DNA of 64,000 nt from the human T2T-CHM13v2.0 reference genome, Homo sapiens, in assembly GCF_009914755.1 (NCBI RefSeq), contig NC_060934.1; one strand, given 5' to 3'. Position numbers and translations under genes: made by a program. The notes under the pieces were generated by a model. It was not told the DNA's origin and did no database searches. It saw only the letters and a list, made by a program, of their open reading frames with translations. Of this stretch, positions 16,701 to 32,273 are shown in pieces (within the stretch, counting starts at the first letter, position 1; every line of letters starts with the position of its first letter).

Positions 16701-19699
16701 CCCCCAACAGAAGGAGACTCCCAGGCTTGGCATTAATACCTGCCAGGTGAGTAAGCTGGGCTGAGTTTCATATATTTTCAGAGCACCTCTAGATTGACTT
16801 AAGTCAAAAGATGTGCAGGGCAGAGGCTAGCCTTGGTGAAGGCCATCACTCTTTAAAAGTTTATATATTGTCTGCCCAACTAGACTCCTTGAGAGGCTGT
16901 GTCTTGTTTTCTGGACAGTCTGTTGGTACCAAGCAGGACCTGCCATGGTTGTTGGTAATTGAATGGCATTCACCAACCTCTGCTTGGCAGTTCCATGTAG
17001 ACACACAGGCATTGACCTCATTTATTCATTCATTTATTCATGGATTCCATTACTGTAAACTGATCATCTGCTCTGTTCCAGGCACTGAGGACATAAAAAT
17101 GAACATGCCATAACTTAGTCTTCAAGGTGTGCAGCTCAGCAAAGGATGTGGAGATACAGAGAAACATCTCAGGTACAAGGGTCAGAGCTTCCAGAGTGGG
17201 ATCCTCAGTGTGATGCAGCCCAGAGAAGGGGTCCTGGGAGAACAGTCCAAGTCTGAGGGGCTGAGGGAGGCTTAAAAATCAAAGTGGCATTGGAGTTGGG
17301 TCTGGAAAGATGGCCAAGGCCAGGAAGGACAAGACTTGCAGAATTATGGAGATGTAAGAATGCTAGCTAGTGATCAAATGATTTCATGGGAGCAGAACAC
17401 AGGGTGCCGAGGTTGATGTTGGTGGGGCTGGATGGGGAGATGAGGCCGGGCCTTGGGCTATTGGGTGGAATTTGGAAAATGGGCAGGGGGAGGAAGAAAA
17501 GTAGTAAAGATTTAAGGCTATAGAGGAGGAGGACTCAACCCAATGGTGGAGTGGGCAGCAGCCAGGAATAGGAGGAAGCAGCACAAAGGAGGGTGATCAG
17601 GACACTGTCACACACACCCAGACTTGTGATGATGAAGTTCTGAACCAGGGCAGTGACGCTAGGCTGGCCAAAAAGTGTTCTGGTCAGCTATGGCCAAGAG
17701 GCCGCACTGAAGGGTGAGACTCAGCTCTCCGACTCCCTTGGCCTCTTCAACTACAGACTTAGGCTGGGTCAGCTTGACCTCAAACTACATTAACTTAAAG
17801 GATCAAAATTGCAACCATTTACTTAGATAGATAAGCAGCTTTGGAAGCGCAGAAGCTTGAACTGTGGGTTGACTTTGCAGCAGATTGGCCCCATAATGGG
17901 TGACTAATTGAGCAGGTTACTCATCGCTGGAAGTGTTTGAGAACAAATGACAACCAGCAATTTGATGAATACTTGAGAGTTTTCTTCACAGCGTGACACT
18001 GACTGGATGAATTCTAAAACTTCACTACTGTCCAATAGTCTATGACTCTAATGTCCAGATAGATGGTCAAAAGAAAACCCTGTCTTTAAAGGGCTCATGC
18101 TCCAAAGACTAACTTATAGCTATAAGGCAGAGTTGGGTTTCTAAATCCAGTTTGGTCTGTGTGCTATGACTGCACATGAAAAGATTCCAAGTGAAAACCA
18201 GTGCTACTGGTGACTCATCTTACTGAAGTATCTTTCTAAGCTACAGGAACTCAAGGATGTGACCCACAATGACTCCCCAGAAGGAGACGCTGGGAAGCGG
18301 GGAGAATCTGCTGAGGTCCCCGCCAGTTCTCTCTGTGTCACTTTTGACAGACTCTTGCCTCTGTTTGCATCCTCTATGTGTCATCCTTTTCTAAAATGAG
18401 GAAGGAAGTCCCAGTGGGGCCCCAGGAGTCTGGAACGTCACCAGTCCCATGTAGGTCAGGGCTGCTCTCTTGGATAAACTGGGAGATGCCTCCCTCTACA
18501 CATATGGAAGAGGCTGTGCATCACTGGAGTAGAAAACCACCTAGACACGAGTAGCAAGATCTCTCCATGCTGGAGGCAAGGTTGGCTTGCCTTGGGTTCC
18601 ACATTTTCTGGCCCCCACAATATGACTAAGGATAGAGCAGAAATGTTATGATTTATTCAGGCCACCCTTCTTGTCTTTCGTTCTTTCCTTCCTGGGGCCC
18701 CTGCTCACATCAAACTGGGCCTCTTGCTGCCCTCCTACACCCCCAGCATCTCCCAGCCGTCAACACTTGACTCCCTTGGCATTGCAATTTCTCATTTACT
18801 AATTCAATAAGTTCTCCATTCAATAATCTACATACTTGGAGTGCATCCCTTTCCCCTAACACACCCAGAACTTCTTACTGTGTCCTTCCTCACACTGAGC
18901 CCTCATTCCTGTCCCCATTTCATACTGTTGAGTTCTTGCCCCTCCTTCAAGGCCTGCTGAAATGCCACCTCTTCCATAAAGTCTTTGCTTAATCCACAGT
19001 TGAAATAGAAGTTCGTTTTGGGCCCTTATAACATGTTGTAGCTATAATGATGTGATGATCCCTCTCTGCCCATATTACAGTGACTTAGGTAAATGTCCCT
19101 TATCAACACCACAAGCTCCTTAAGATCATGAACTGCACCTTATCCTAACTGGTATCTCTAGCTCCAGACATGGTGCCAAGTATATAGAAGGTGCTCCAAT
19201 AAGGATTTTGGAAATATGGATCATGATTCCTAAAATCCCCACCATGTAGTCATGCCTCAGATCCCTTAGGAGACTGGAACTTTCTATTCAGGACAAGTAT
19301 TACCTGTGGACAGCTCTCTCCAAAGCTACAATGAACTTATCAATATGATCATGAACAGACTGAATTATTTATATACAAGCATGGACTTAAAAGTTTCTTT
19401 AAAAATACTATCCAAATGCATCATATCCTTTCAGTTTATGAAAAATTTATTTTTCTTTTTATGCCATGAAAAATCCATTTAAAAACAACACATATTCAAA
19501 TGAAATAAATAGAGCAGAAAGGTCTCTGTGAACACCTTTGGGCTGGTACTAGCTCTGTGTAAACTTCAACCCACATGTTCTGGGCCTTATGTCTCTAAAC
19601 ACAAAAACAAACAGCCTAATGAAAATGGAGACCATCTGTCAATTGTCTGCATGCAGAGAATTTGCCCAAGTATTTGAAAATGTAATTGGCTAAATTTTT

Positions 19700-19968
19700 A
19701 CAGGTCTAATTAAGTGTTTTCCATCCCAATGCAATGGCAATATCGGACACAAATCAAACATTTGAGGCAGACAAACGGTGCCCAAAGTCAGTATTTAAGT
19801 ATTTTTCCCTGGCATTAAAAGTTGATAACAACTGAAAATCGGCGGTGGGGAGGGGAAGAAGCATTTGTCTATATCAGGCAAAGAATAGAATCAGGCAGTT
19901 CAGTTGGCCACAGAAAAATGGAAGAGGAAGGATGTTTGAAATAGCTTCCTTATCATCTTTGCCTACAA
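19700..19968 (+). repeat. Inverted duplication B, left arm
   Basis: Reverse-complement match to 21497-21747, including a 31-bp perfect match (19938-19968 vs 21497-21527). Confidence 0.93.
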
Positions 19969-21496
19969 GTCAGAAGTCTTCTCCCCTGCTTTATTTTGCA
20001 TATTCGCAGGCCCAAAGCCTGGATGCCTCCCCCAGGGTGTACAAGGAGCACCCACATGGGAACCTACCAGGGACCCAGCCTGGTGCTCTGATGCATCCTC
20101 AGCTCCCTGGCATTGCAGCCTTCGTCTTGCTGTCTAAGAAGCCTGTGTTAGGATGCTGTTACCAGCCGGGGCAGAGGCCAGTGTCCTTGCAGGAGACTTT
20201 GTCACCATGATTTGAGCCTTCTGTGGGGCTTCACATGTCAGTCAAGAGGGAGAGAGTGACATTTTTAGAATCCAAGGCAATCCCTCCCTCATTTCTCCTG
20301 ACAGGTTCCTCTTAGAAGGGAATGCCAAGTTCCCATCCCTTTAGAAGAGATTGGGTCCACGCAAAACTCAGGGATCAAGTTGTTGGATTTTTTACCCCGA
20401 ATGAGAGAAGTTTCAGCTGCTTTAATGGCCAGTTTCTACAAACTTACTTGGGTTCACCATCCATCCACCCTCTTCCACCTTCTGATGCCAGGGACACATG
20501 ATGGGCCAGCATTGACTATGATAAGAAGGTTTTTCTCTGGATTTCCCTATCTCTAGTCTGACATCAGGCTCTGACACTGATGCTCCTGGATCAGATGCCT
20601 TCTAAAGCTGTAGAAATGGAAGGCTGTGGAAAGCTCTCTTGGGGAACGTAGAATGCAACAGCCATTGAAGAGGCTGGGTGTGGCAGACCAAAGCTTCTGA
20701 AGAAAAGGAAGAAGCGATGCCATTGGGATCCACTAGCAGGCCTTCCATCTAAAGAGAGAAACGAGAGCTGTGTGGAGACTTCTCTCAGCCTGTGTGTCTG
20801 CTGTGCTTATGCAGACTGGGACAAAGTGGACCCAAGCTATGGAATGGGTGATGCTGAAAAGACCCCCTGACCTCAGACCTTATTGGAAAATCAGCTCTTC
20901 TCTAAAAGGAGCAGGAGGCAGAGACTGCAACAAACTCTGCTCGGGGTCAGGGCTGACAGGCCTTTGTGATGGATTCCAGTCTCTGTGACTCACTCATTGT
21001 AAATTTGCAAGTAGCTTCAATGGTCAAATAGACAGCATTGCTGTTTGGGAGCAGCAGGACAAAGAGGCAAGCCTGGGCTTTTGAGTCATTTTATCGAAAA
21101 AGGAATCCCTGTTGCGACCTTCACCTGTGGAGTGACCTTGGGCAGAGATTTCCCCTCTCCCAGTCTTAGTTTCCTCATCAGCAAAATGAGATGCTAATAA
21201 CCATCTTGCAGAATTGTAGAAATGGATTGTAGAAATTGTGAAAAGGATGAAGTGCAAAGTACATGGAATCTAGGAAGAGCTTACTTAAGGTTAGATTTTA
21301 TTCCTTCTTGGCAGAATCTGGGTCAGAACTGGGACCAGCTCCATGAAGGGTGCAACACTGGGTTTTTTTTCTAAAAGTGCTGTGGACATAGGGACAGCCC
21401 AAGCCAATACAATCTGGGAGTGAGGACAGCCGCCAAATGAGGGAAGAGCGGCTTCAGAGGGCTCAGGGTCATGGGCTGAAATCAGGGCACACAAAT

Positions 21497-21747
21497 TTGT
21501 AGGCAAAGATGATAAGGAAGCTATTTCCAACATCTTTCCTATTCCATTTTTCTGTGGCCGACTGAACTGCTTGATTCTATTCTTTGCTGATGCAGACACA
21601 CGCTTTCTTCCTCCCTGGTTTTCCATTCTTGTGTATTTTTAATGCCAGGGAGAAACATTGACTTTGTGCACTGTTTGGCCTCCTCAGATGTCTGACTTGT
21701 GCCCGTTATCATTGCACTTGGGCCAGAAAACCTTTGGTTAGCCCTGT
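21497..21747 (-). repeat. Inverted duplication B, right arm
   Basis: Reverse complement of 19700-19968. Confidence 0.93.
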
Positions 21748-22179
21748 TATTTCGTGAGCACTTTTTATGTGCTAGCTCAGGTAATGCAATGGCGAATAAG
21801 GCAGACGCTGTGTAGCCTCATGAAATTTACAGACTAAGGCAGTCTTTGAAAAATAAAAGGTTACCTCTTAAAGGAAAGTGTTGATTTAAGTTATTCTTAT
21901 TATAATATTATTTAAATATATTCAAATCTAAAACTGTATATCAATTCCCTAATTTTGTAGGTAGCTTCTACAGAACTATAGAAGTAAAGCACATTTATAA
22001 AAAATAATTAAAACTATAAAGCAATAACGTTCAAATTATTACATTACTGGCATGACAGATGATGCAGTTTTGCTGAAACTAAATGTCAAATTTGGGATTC
22101 AAAAGTAGAAAGATATTGCCCCATGTCTAGTTCTACATTTAATCTAATTTTGACTTCAATACAACACATGCACACACAG

Positions 22180-22810
22180 AATGCAAGAAAATATTTGCAA
22201 ATCGTATCTGATAACGGACTTGTATCTAGAATATATAATGAACTCTTACAGCTCACAAAGAAAAAGTTAAATAACACAATTTTTTAAATGGGAAAATAAT
22301 TTGCATAGACATTTCTCCAAAGAAGCTATGCAAGTGGCCAAAAAGCACACAAAAAGATGTTCAACATCATTACTCATCAAACACAAATCAAAACCACAAT
22401 GAGATATCATTCTGAACCCACAGAATGGATATAATCCAAAAGTCAGATAACAAGTGTTGGCAAAAAATATGGAGACTTAGAACCATTATACATTCATGGT
22501 AGGAATTTTAAATGGTGTGGTCATTTTGGAAAATAGTTTGGCAGTTTCTGAATGTGTTAAACATCGCATCACCGTATGATCCAAAAATCCTACTCCTAGA
22601 TATATAACCAATATAACTGAAAGCCCACATATATTCACACAAAAACTTGTACATAAATGTCCATAGTAGCAGTAGCCATAGTAGTGAAAACATAGAAATG
22701 TCCTCAGCTGATGAACGAATAAACCAAATATAATGTATTCATACAATGGAATATTACTTGGCAATAAAAAGGAAGGAAATACTGATGCATGATCCAAGGA
22801 ATCATGAATG
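22180..22810 (+). mobile_element. L1M (L1MB-like) ORF2 3' part
   Basis: GAAAATATTTGCAAATC, AGACATTTCTCCAAAGAAG, AAAACCACAATGAGATA, ATACAATGGAATATTA. Confidence 0.8.
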
Positions 22811-24387
22811 AACCTGTGTGTGTGCATACGTGTGGTTGCCATGCACATATATGTGCACAATTGTCAGAGAGAAATCTCAGGCCTGAACTGAGAAATACAA
22901 ATTGAAAGGCTACAGAACCAGGGTTTGGGCAGAAGGCAATAAAAACGAGCCACGCAGGAGCAAACGGGTGGGTGTGCTGGTGGCGAGGTGGGTAGGGGTT
23001 GGTACAGGGTCCGGGACAATAAATTAAGCATTTGGGCCACAATGGGCCAAGGTGAGTCACCACAGGTGGGAGGGGGCCAGAAACTGTATTTGAAGAGGAG
23101 AATTTGAATGATAAAATGTCACCAATCTCTTCTGCTCCTTTAATAGACCCTGGAGGCAGCTCCTGGCCTTTTTGCTATCCTGCACAAGGATTTGCAGCCA
23201 TTTTCAGGTAAAAAGAAGAAACCACAGATGCAAAGAGGCTTCGGAAGCTGCCAGCAGTGAGCTGTTCCAGAGAGCAGCCAGAGGGGGCTGGCCTGCAGCC
23301 AAGGCCTGGCGCCCGCGGTGTCTCCACATCTTCTTTTGTTACTGGGGATGGAAAGGAGAGAAACTGACTCAATTAATGGAACCTAGAGCCACTAGTGAAC
23401 AATGTGGATAAATAAGGACTGAGATGTCAGTCCCTTTCCTAAGCAGCCTCAATGATGGGGAGGTGCTGGTGAGTTTTCCATGCTGTGTAGCCACATTAGA
23501 ATCCACAGACTCCTCTTAGCCCCGTGCCTTCCAGGGTGAACACACTCTTTGCGAAGCGCAAATTCTCCTTGTACAGGGACCCAGGAAGCAAATCCTCTTT
23601 TGAATCGAGCACACATAAGGGCCTACGTTTTGCTTCCAGAAGGTGGTGCTAACTGCAGATGCTGAGCAATGGGAAGTTCAAAGGTGAGTTTTCATTAGGA
23701 CTGGGCGAGTGGAGAGCAGCCGCAGTGAGGAGAGCTTCCTATCCCAGCAAATCAGTTTCCTCTGCCCCAGTACCTGGCTCAGGACCTGGCCCACAGTGGG
23801 AGGCAGCACCCATGGGCTGGCATGCCTGAGTGATGGGGAGACTTGGAGGACCCTGGCGTGGACAAGTGCCCAGAATCCTGGTGTCCAGGCACTGCCGCCC
23901 ATAAACCTGAAAACAGGGGTTAGGCACTTGCCACAGACTCCTGGAAAGGAGAGGTCCTTCACTGCCACCCTGGTGTCACATTCTGCACCTTACCAACTGC
24001 ATGATCTTGGGCAAGTTACGGAACCTTGTTTTTCATCCATAAAAAGGAGCTTACAATACCTAACAATGACTGTGACAATAAATAAGGAGATGCTGAGTGG
24101 CAGCAAATGGCCACTCCCTTCCCCATCCTCACCGCCCCCACCCCGCCCCTAGTCTGTGGCTTCCTCCCTGTTCTTCCGCTCACGATGGAGTGGTGGTTCC
24201 ACTCTGTAGCATGGTAGTAGGAATCCCTTACTTGAGCATCTGCATATCCAGCACCTTATCGGGTCCTCCCCCAAGGTGAGGGCATGTGGCTCATTATTTC
24301 TGTGCAGCTAATGAGCCAAAGGAGACTTGGGAACTTAGACCACCTGGCACAGGTTCACTGGCTCTAAGTCGGGTGTCTGTGTCCCCC

Positions 24388-24403
24388 GCTGCCCCCTGGC
24401 GAA
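24388..24403 (-). promoter_or_regulatory. Candidate CTCF site
   Basis: Minus strand TTCGCCAGGGGGCAGC, close to the CTCF core; motif evidence only. Confidence 0.45.
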
Positions 24404-25219
24404 AGCGGCTGGTGGAGCCACTGTAGCCTGGAGCTCGCACCCCTCCATCAGCCCTGCAGCCCCTGCCTCAGGGCTGACAGCCCACCACCCACCACTCACT
24501 CTCCCGCCTCCCAGCCTCAGGTATCAAGTGTCTTTCACAGAGGTGACATCAGTGTCTCTTGTAAAAGAAGTAAGGGATGTGTAAGAGCTGGACATGAAAG
24601 GTTACTCTTTGGCCCCAACCCCTTCCATGCCTCCCCGACCCAAACTCCCTCCATGAAGGTTCTGGAACATCCTTCCAGCCCTTTTCTAAGCATTTACATA
24701 CATATTCATGTGAATATATTTTAAAATGAATGTTGCCATACAATATATATCGTACTGAATCTGATCTCAACAGTATGCCTGAAGGAGCCTTCTCAATCAG
24801 CTGCCTCATTTTTCAAGGATTTTCAGTGCTCTATTGTTGGCTGATCTCTTTTTGTCCAGGTCCTTAATGATGGATTTCAGGTTGCAGTAATGTCACAATG
24901 ACCATCCCTAGACACGTATTTTTGTGCGCATGTGTAGAATTCTGCATTACACTCATATTACAGGTGAAGAAAGTAAGGTAAGACAAGGTGAAGGGATTTG
25001 CCAAAGGTCACCTACTACCCCATGTGGGACCACAGACTGGGTGTCCAGAATCCCCCATCCATGCTCTGTTCTCCAGAGCACAAAGAAGGGAATTCTAGGA
25101 TTACCACGGAGGAGTGATTCTCATCCTCATGTGGAATTCTGCACACCCGCCCTTCCTCCCACAGTCGTCCCATACATGCAACTCTGCCTATGCCTTTCTC
25201 TGTTTAAAACGGCCTGGGG

Positions 25220-25556
<337 letters not shown>

Positions 25557-27494
25557 CTATGGGCCCCCCTGCCCCTGCCATGTGCTTCCTGAACTCCTAA
25601 TCCACTGGGAAGGAGCCAGCCATGCCACATGCTTCCCCAGAGCGCTCTTCCCGTGCTCTGCACAGCATTGTTCATGAACATCCTTTTCTGTGCCACTGCC
25701 CCCTGGGCCAACTCCCACTCAGCTCTCAGGTCCCCACTGACCCATCACTCTACCTAGGAAACCCTCCTTAGGCCCTCTTCGCAGACCTTCCATCCTAGAC
25801 TGTGATTCCCTGCTTACCTGCTCTCCTCAAGCCAGGTTGTGAGCTCTGTGGGAGTAAGGAGCCTTCTCTGTGTAGAAGGGAGTAGTAAGCCTTCTCCGTG
25901 TAGAAGGCTGTGTCGGCCATCTACCAGCACATCCCCAGTGCTATCAGCCTGATAATGAGTGTGGATGTGGGGAATGAATGAACACATGCATGCACACCAG
26001 AGACACACTCTGCTCCACGTTTGGTGCCCCTGGGACGCTGGAGATATGCCAGTAACTCGAGAACACTGACACTTAAATACAAGACCACCCCCTGTATCCC
26101 AGGACAGTCCTGGATGCCCAGAATTAGGCCACTTCGGTTGATTTTATTTCTACTGTTGATGTAGCCATGTCTGAGTTTCCCTCAATGGAGGGGGAAGAGA
26201 GAAAAGAAGGAGGCCAAGGAGGAGGATCAGAGATGCCCTGAGGGGTCACAGGTGAGGATGTCTTCAGACACTGGCATCTCAGTGGCTGTGAATGTCACAT
26301 TTTTTGTGAACAGCTTGTGTTTGGGGACCATGAAGTATGAAATACTCATGATGGGCAGGGTGGTGGTGGTGATGATGGCACCTGGGACTCAGCAGGGTGG
26401 GGAAGGGACAGGGCAAGGAAATGAGACGACACTGTGGTTACACGGTGAGCATCTCCCTTTAGCCTCCATTCCAAAAGGACCAGCTCCCAGGAGCATATCC
26501 ACCCAACACGACCTGGGAGAGCTCACCTTCCGGCTCATCTACCTGGTGCTGGCTGCTCTGATGAACGTGAGCACAGACAGAACCATTCCGGGGCCTCCTG
26601 CTCAGGTGTGTGATGTCTCAGCACCCCCCACACATATGTTTCTCTGTTATTCCTGTAGTCACGCCTTCCTGCGATGTAGTTATTATTATTCCCATGGTAC
26701 AACTGAACAACGAAAACTGGAATCTGGAGAGATGGGCAGTGCACCTACAGGTTCAGGAGCCCCAGCATGGCTGCTCTGACTCCAGGGTTCGGACCCTGCT
26801 TGCAAGGCATTGCTGCTGGCTCTTTGGGGTACACAGACTGTGTAGTCAGAGCCACAAATGAGACCTGTGTTTCTCTCTCCCTCTCTTCCTATCCAGCCTT
26901 CTCGCTTCTTTTCTGCTGCATTCTATGCCAAGCCTCTCCTTCAGAACAGACCCCATGAGTAATTGTTCCTAGGAACACACAGTCCCCCGGGAAGAGACCC
27001 CTGCTGCCTTGTGGATGGGTCTGTGCAGCTAAAGCAGATTGAACACTTGGGGACTGGAATAGTTTTTATTTTGAGGCAGGTGGCTGAGGCAGAGTAATCC
27101 CTAAAATTAGAGAAATGTGTAAAATATATGCTTCAGATTTTCTTTGAAGGAAGATTATTTGCCAGAGACTGGTATACCTCTCAGGCCCTAGTTTTCAGCC
27201 TAGCTCAGCATCTTCCCAGGGAATTTGCAATGAGTTTCAGGGTGGCAAGTGCCTTGTCCTTCACAGGTGGCTCTGATGTTAGAGTAATTCAAAGATTCCT
27301 CCAAATTCCAGAAAGGGCCAGGTGGGAATATCCAACCCATAGGGGAAGGAATCACAGAAGACACAGAGACAGGCTTTCCACTGCTCACAGCGCGAGGCCC
27401 CCAAGTCCAAAGTGAGAGACAAAATTAAAGGAGAAATCAGTGAACTCATGCATGTTGGTTACAGGAGAAAAAAAAAATGGTTACAGAAAATTCA

Positions 27495-27971
<477 letters not shown>

Positions 27972-30377
27972 GAGAAAGCAGCTGGACAAATCCCGCCAGT
28001 GGGTTTGTCTGTAGACACTGGCCTGGTCTCTTCATCAAGTTTGTATCACTTAATTGGGACATTGCTGAGCTCAAAGGGACCTAAGGACATAAACACATGG
28101 TCTGAGGGGTCCTGCATCAAATGCTGCTTTGGGAAAGTCAGCTCTAGAAGACATTGTTGGGTCAATCAGGAAAATCAGAATATAGTCTGGGTATTAGATA
28201 GCATTAAAATGTTCCAAACAGACAGCATAGTGGAGATCATTTACTGAAAAAATCAGATTATAAAACATTATGTGCAGAATGATCTCATTTGGTGAAGTAA
28301 AAAGGGAACGATATGTGTACTGAGGTGTTAAAAGTGGAAATTTCTGGGTGGTAGGAATGTGATAATTTTCCTTTTTATTTTTGTTTGACTGTATTTTCCA
28401 TTTTTTACAATGCACACGTGGAGCTTCTGGAACAATGAAAGATTATTTAAAATTTATAAACCAAACAATTTGGGCAATATTAGTAAGTGAGCATGGCAGA
28501 AAAGGGCTCATAAGCCAAGGCAACTGTTCCCGGAAACTAATAAGAAAGCCAAGGCAGGAATGGAACCGCGGGCGTGGGAGGCAACTAGAAAATCCACCAA
28601 CGAGGAAATGTGAAGGACGCATCTACTTAAAATGCTCAGCCTCATCAGTAATCAAGGAAATGCAAACTAGAAAGAAGAACCAAATTTCTACCCAACAAAT
28701 GAACAAGCATTGAGAAGAAAAGGAAGATCCTGCCCTGAGGATGGTGAGAGGGGGCGCCGGTGGGCATACTCACTGGCACTGCCACCATGGAAGTTCAATT
28801 GGCAATGAACACCAAGACCCTTCAAGCTGTCTGTGCTCAGCAATTCCATCTCTGGGATTCTTTCTTCTAAAAAAAAGAAACCATAATATGAAAAATGTGA
28901 TGCTCATTACATTATTTATAATTCTAAAAAATTACAACTCCTCCCACCATCCGGCATTTGGAGGATGGTCAAGTAGACTGTTCTAAATCCATTGAATACA
29001 GCACCAGGCAGTGGTGACAGTGTGTCCTGAGAAAGTTGAGATGCATGTGGACTAGTTTTGTGATAACGTAAGTAAGTAAAAGAACAATTAACAGTACAGT
29101 CCCAACTGAGAAAAACAAATAGTTAAAAAGAAGGATTTAAAAATACAATAAAGAAACACACAGAAACGTTCACACCATTGGGTTGTGGAGGTGGAATGAC
29201 ATTTCTCTATATCCAGATGTTGACAAATGCCTATTACTTTTATAATGAGGAGCTAGAAAAGAATAGAAGGCTGACCATGAAGTCTTTTGGGGTTTGAGAA
29301 AGTTGTGAAAGTTTTGGACATGCAGAAAGATCAACTTAGCCAGGGCCATAAATGGCAGCTGCCAATAGGCTAAGCAATTCTTATGGATGCTTGGGAGCCA
29401 GCAGGAGCCCCCACCTCCCAGGAAGGGCATATGAGTGACAAAGGGGAAGGAGGCCTGGCCAAAGGCAAGACCCAGGCTGGAAAGTGGGACTTTGGCAGAG
29501 GCTGGGGAGCAGCCTCAGGGAGGTGAAGGTAACAGCCAGACCATAGTCAGCTCCATCCCAGAAGCAAAGCCACACAGCCACGGAGTGGGACCAAGGACAG
29601 TGTACCACGTGCTCAGCAGGTTGCCTGGGATTGCAGAGGCTGCTCAGTATGCAGGACTGAATGGCAAGGCTGTGCCTGCTGGCCTGCTTCAGACCCTGGG
29701 CCCCTGTTCCTGCCCCCTGACATATTCTACTTCTGTCACTTCCTGGTCCTGTGGCTTTGGGCAAGGTGTTTGTACCTGTCTGAGCCAGTTGCTCCTCTGT
29801 AAGGTGGTGCATTCGTTTCCTAGGGCTGCCATAACAAATCGGCACCTAACTAGGGAGCTTGAAACATCAGACACTGATTCTCTAACAAAGGAGGTTTGGG
29901 CTCCCTTTGAAGGTAAACTAATAGGACTTGGGATTCACAAGTCTCTGGCTATCAGACCAATGAAAACAGCATGGAGAAGAAAGCTGACATGGAATAAGAG
30001 GAAGAAGTGAGTGTTGGGGAAAGAAGGTGTCAGAGAGGGTGCGTTCCAGCACCTGCTTCCAGACATCTGCAGCTCCAGATGCTCCCGGCTCAAGGGTACA
30101 TGAAGCCCAAGAACTCTCTTCTGCCTGAACTAGTTAAAATTGGGTTTCTGTCCATTGCAAACACAAATACCCTTACTAAAATAACTGGCTATGTACTTGG
30201 GACTTGGATGTAGTCCCTGTCCTCTTGGGACAGTTTTTCTGGGGAAAGGAGAAAATTGAACAAATAATTCTAACTGTAGAGAGAGTTATAAACAAGAAAG
30301 ACATCAGGGACAGTGTGGTCTGATGCTACCGCTGTGGGTTTTAGTTTGCTCCCTTGTTCCTAGAGGGAAGAAAACAA

Positions 30378-30380
<3 letters not shown>

Positions 30381-30424
<44 letters not shown>
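30381..30424 (+). repeat. (TG)22 microsatellite
   Basis: Direct read. Confidence 0.97.
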
Positions 30425-30425
<1 letters not shown>

Positions 30426-31729
30426 TTAAACACAAAAACAGCATCCTGTCTGCCCTGGCTGAATATTCAGAAATAGTCAATCTTCAAAAACAACAGCGTG
30501 CTAAGATGCCCAGGGTTTTATTTCTCAGGTGTTGGTGAGTGACAGGTGTTTTCTACATCCAGCTTGCTTGTCAACTCCTCGGGATGTTTCTAACCATATT
30601 TCACAGGGGAAAAGACTGGCTGGGGGAGATGTGGGAGCCCCCTTCTGATTGGAGAGGAGCTCCTGTTGTCTGCAGGGCACCACCATGTGACAGGTTGCCC
30701 ACGCGGCTGAACATGGTCCTGACAGATGGTCTCCCTTCCAACAGGGGCAGAGAGTGGCTGTTGGCACCATTTGTTTGCAGTTAGTGGTGTCTATCACCTT
30801 GCTGGGGCCTTTCAAAACCTTTTTTTTTTTTTTTTTGTGGCTGGTTTTTGCTCACTCCCAAGTATGAAGCAAGACTGAGGAATAAGAAGTCTGGCCCCTT
30901 CACCTGAAGCACTAGAGATTCTCCCAGTGTTTCACTCTGCATTTGCACACACCCTGCCTTCTTCGGAAGATGCCCTCCTCATGGTATAATTTCAAAGCAT
31001 AGCTCAGACATTCGTCTTTCCTCGGTCAGCCAACACATCTTTAGCAAGCAGGTACCTGCGATTTGCCAGGTACCAGCCTTGGGGGCAAGGCCTGGAGCTT
31101 CTTGGTTCTCGCACTTTCTGCAATACCCAGAGACCTTCCATAGCCTGTTGAGTGAAGGAATGGGCAGCACATGGGATGCTGAACAAATAGCACAGAGCTT
31201 TATGATGACTTGGAATTATTAAAAGCTTCTGGATGCAGAGCTGATGTCCCAAAAATTTGATGAGACACTAACTGAGAGAGCTTGGATAACAACCAACACT
31301 CTGATGGGGCAAGTTTTTCCCAGGTTTCCCTCTCTTCTCCTGGATGGGTCCCAAAAACTTCACACCCTGAGAAGCCCCACCCCAGCCGGCACGGGCTTCC
31401 TGTCGAAGCTCCATTCCTTCCACTGGAGAAAGCACCAGATAGCCTCGTGGATTCACACAGCGAGCCGTACCCAGCCCAGGGGAGCCAGGGCCCTGGGTCT
31501 TGGCTGAAGCACAGTTGTGACCTACCATTAGGGTTTTGAGCCCTTTGGGATTCCCATAGCTGAAGCTTCAGTGACAGCGTAGGGCCAGCCTAGAGGGTTC
31601 TGCAGGATTTCAGGGCCCTGGTGTTGAAGTCTCTTGGCCCTTTCCTTGCCTTCCTGCTATAGGACTGTGCCCCCAGTGTTGAGGATTCGAGGTCTGCGCA
31701 TTGTCAGGAAGTTCTGGAAGCTGCCTTCA

Positions 31730-32273
<544 letters not shown>

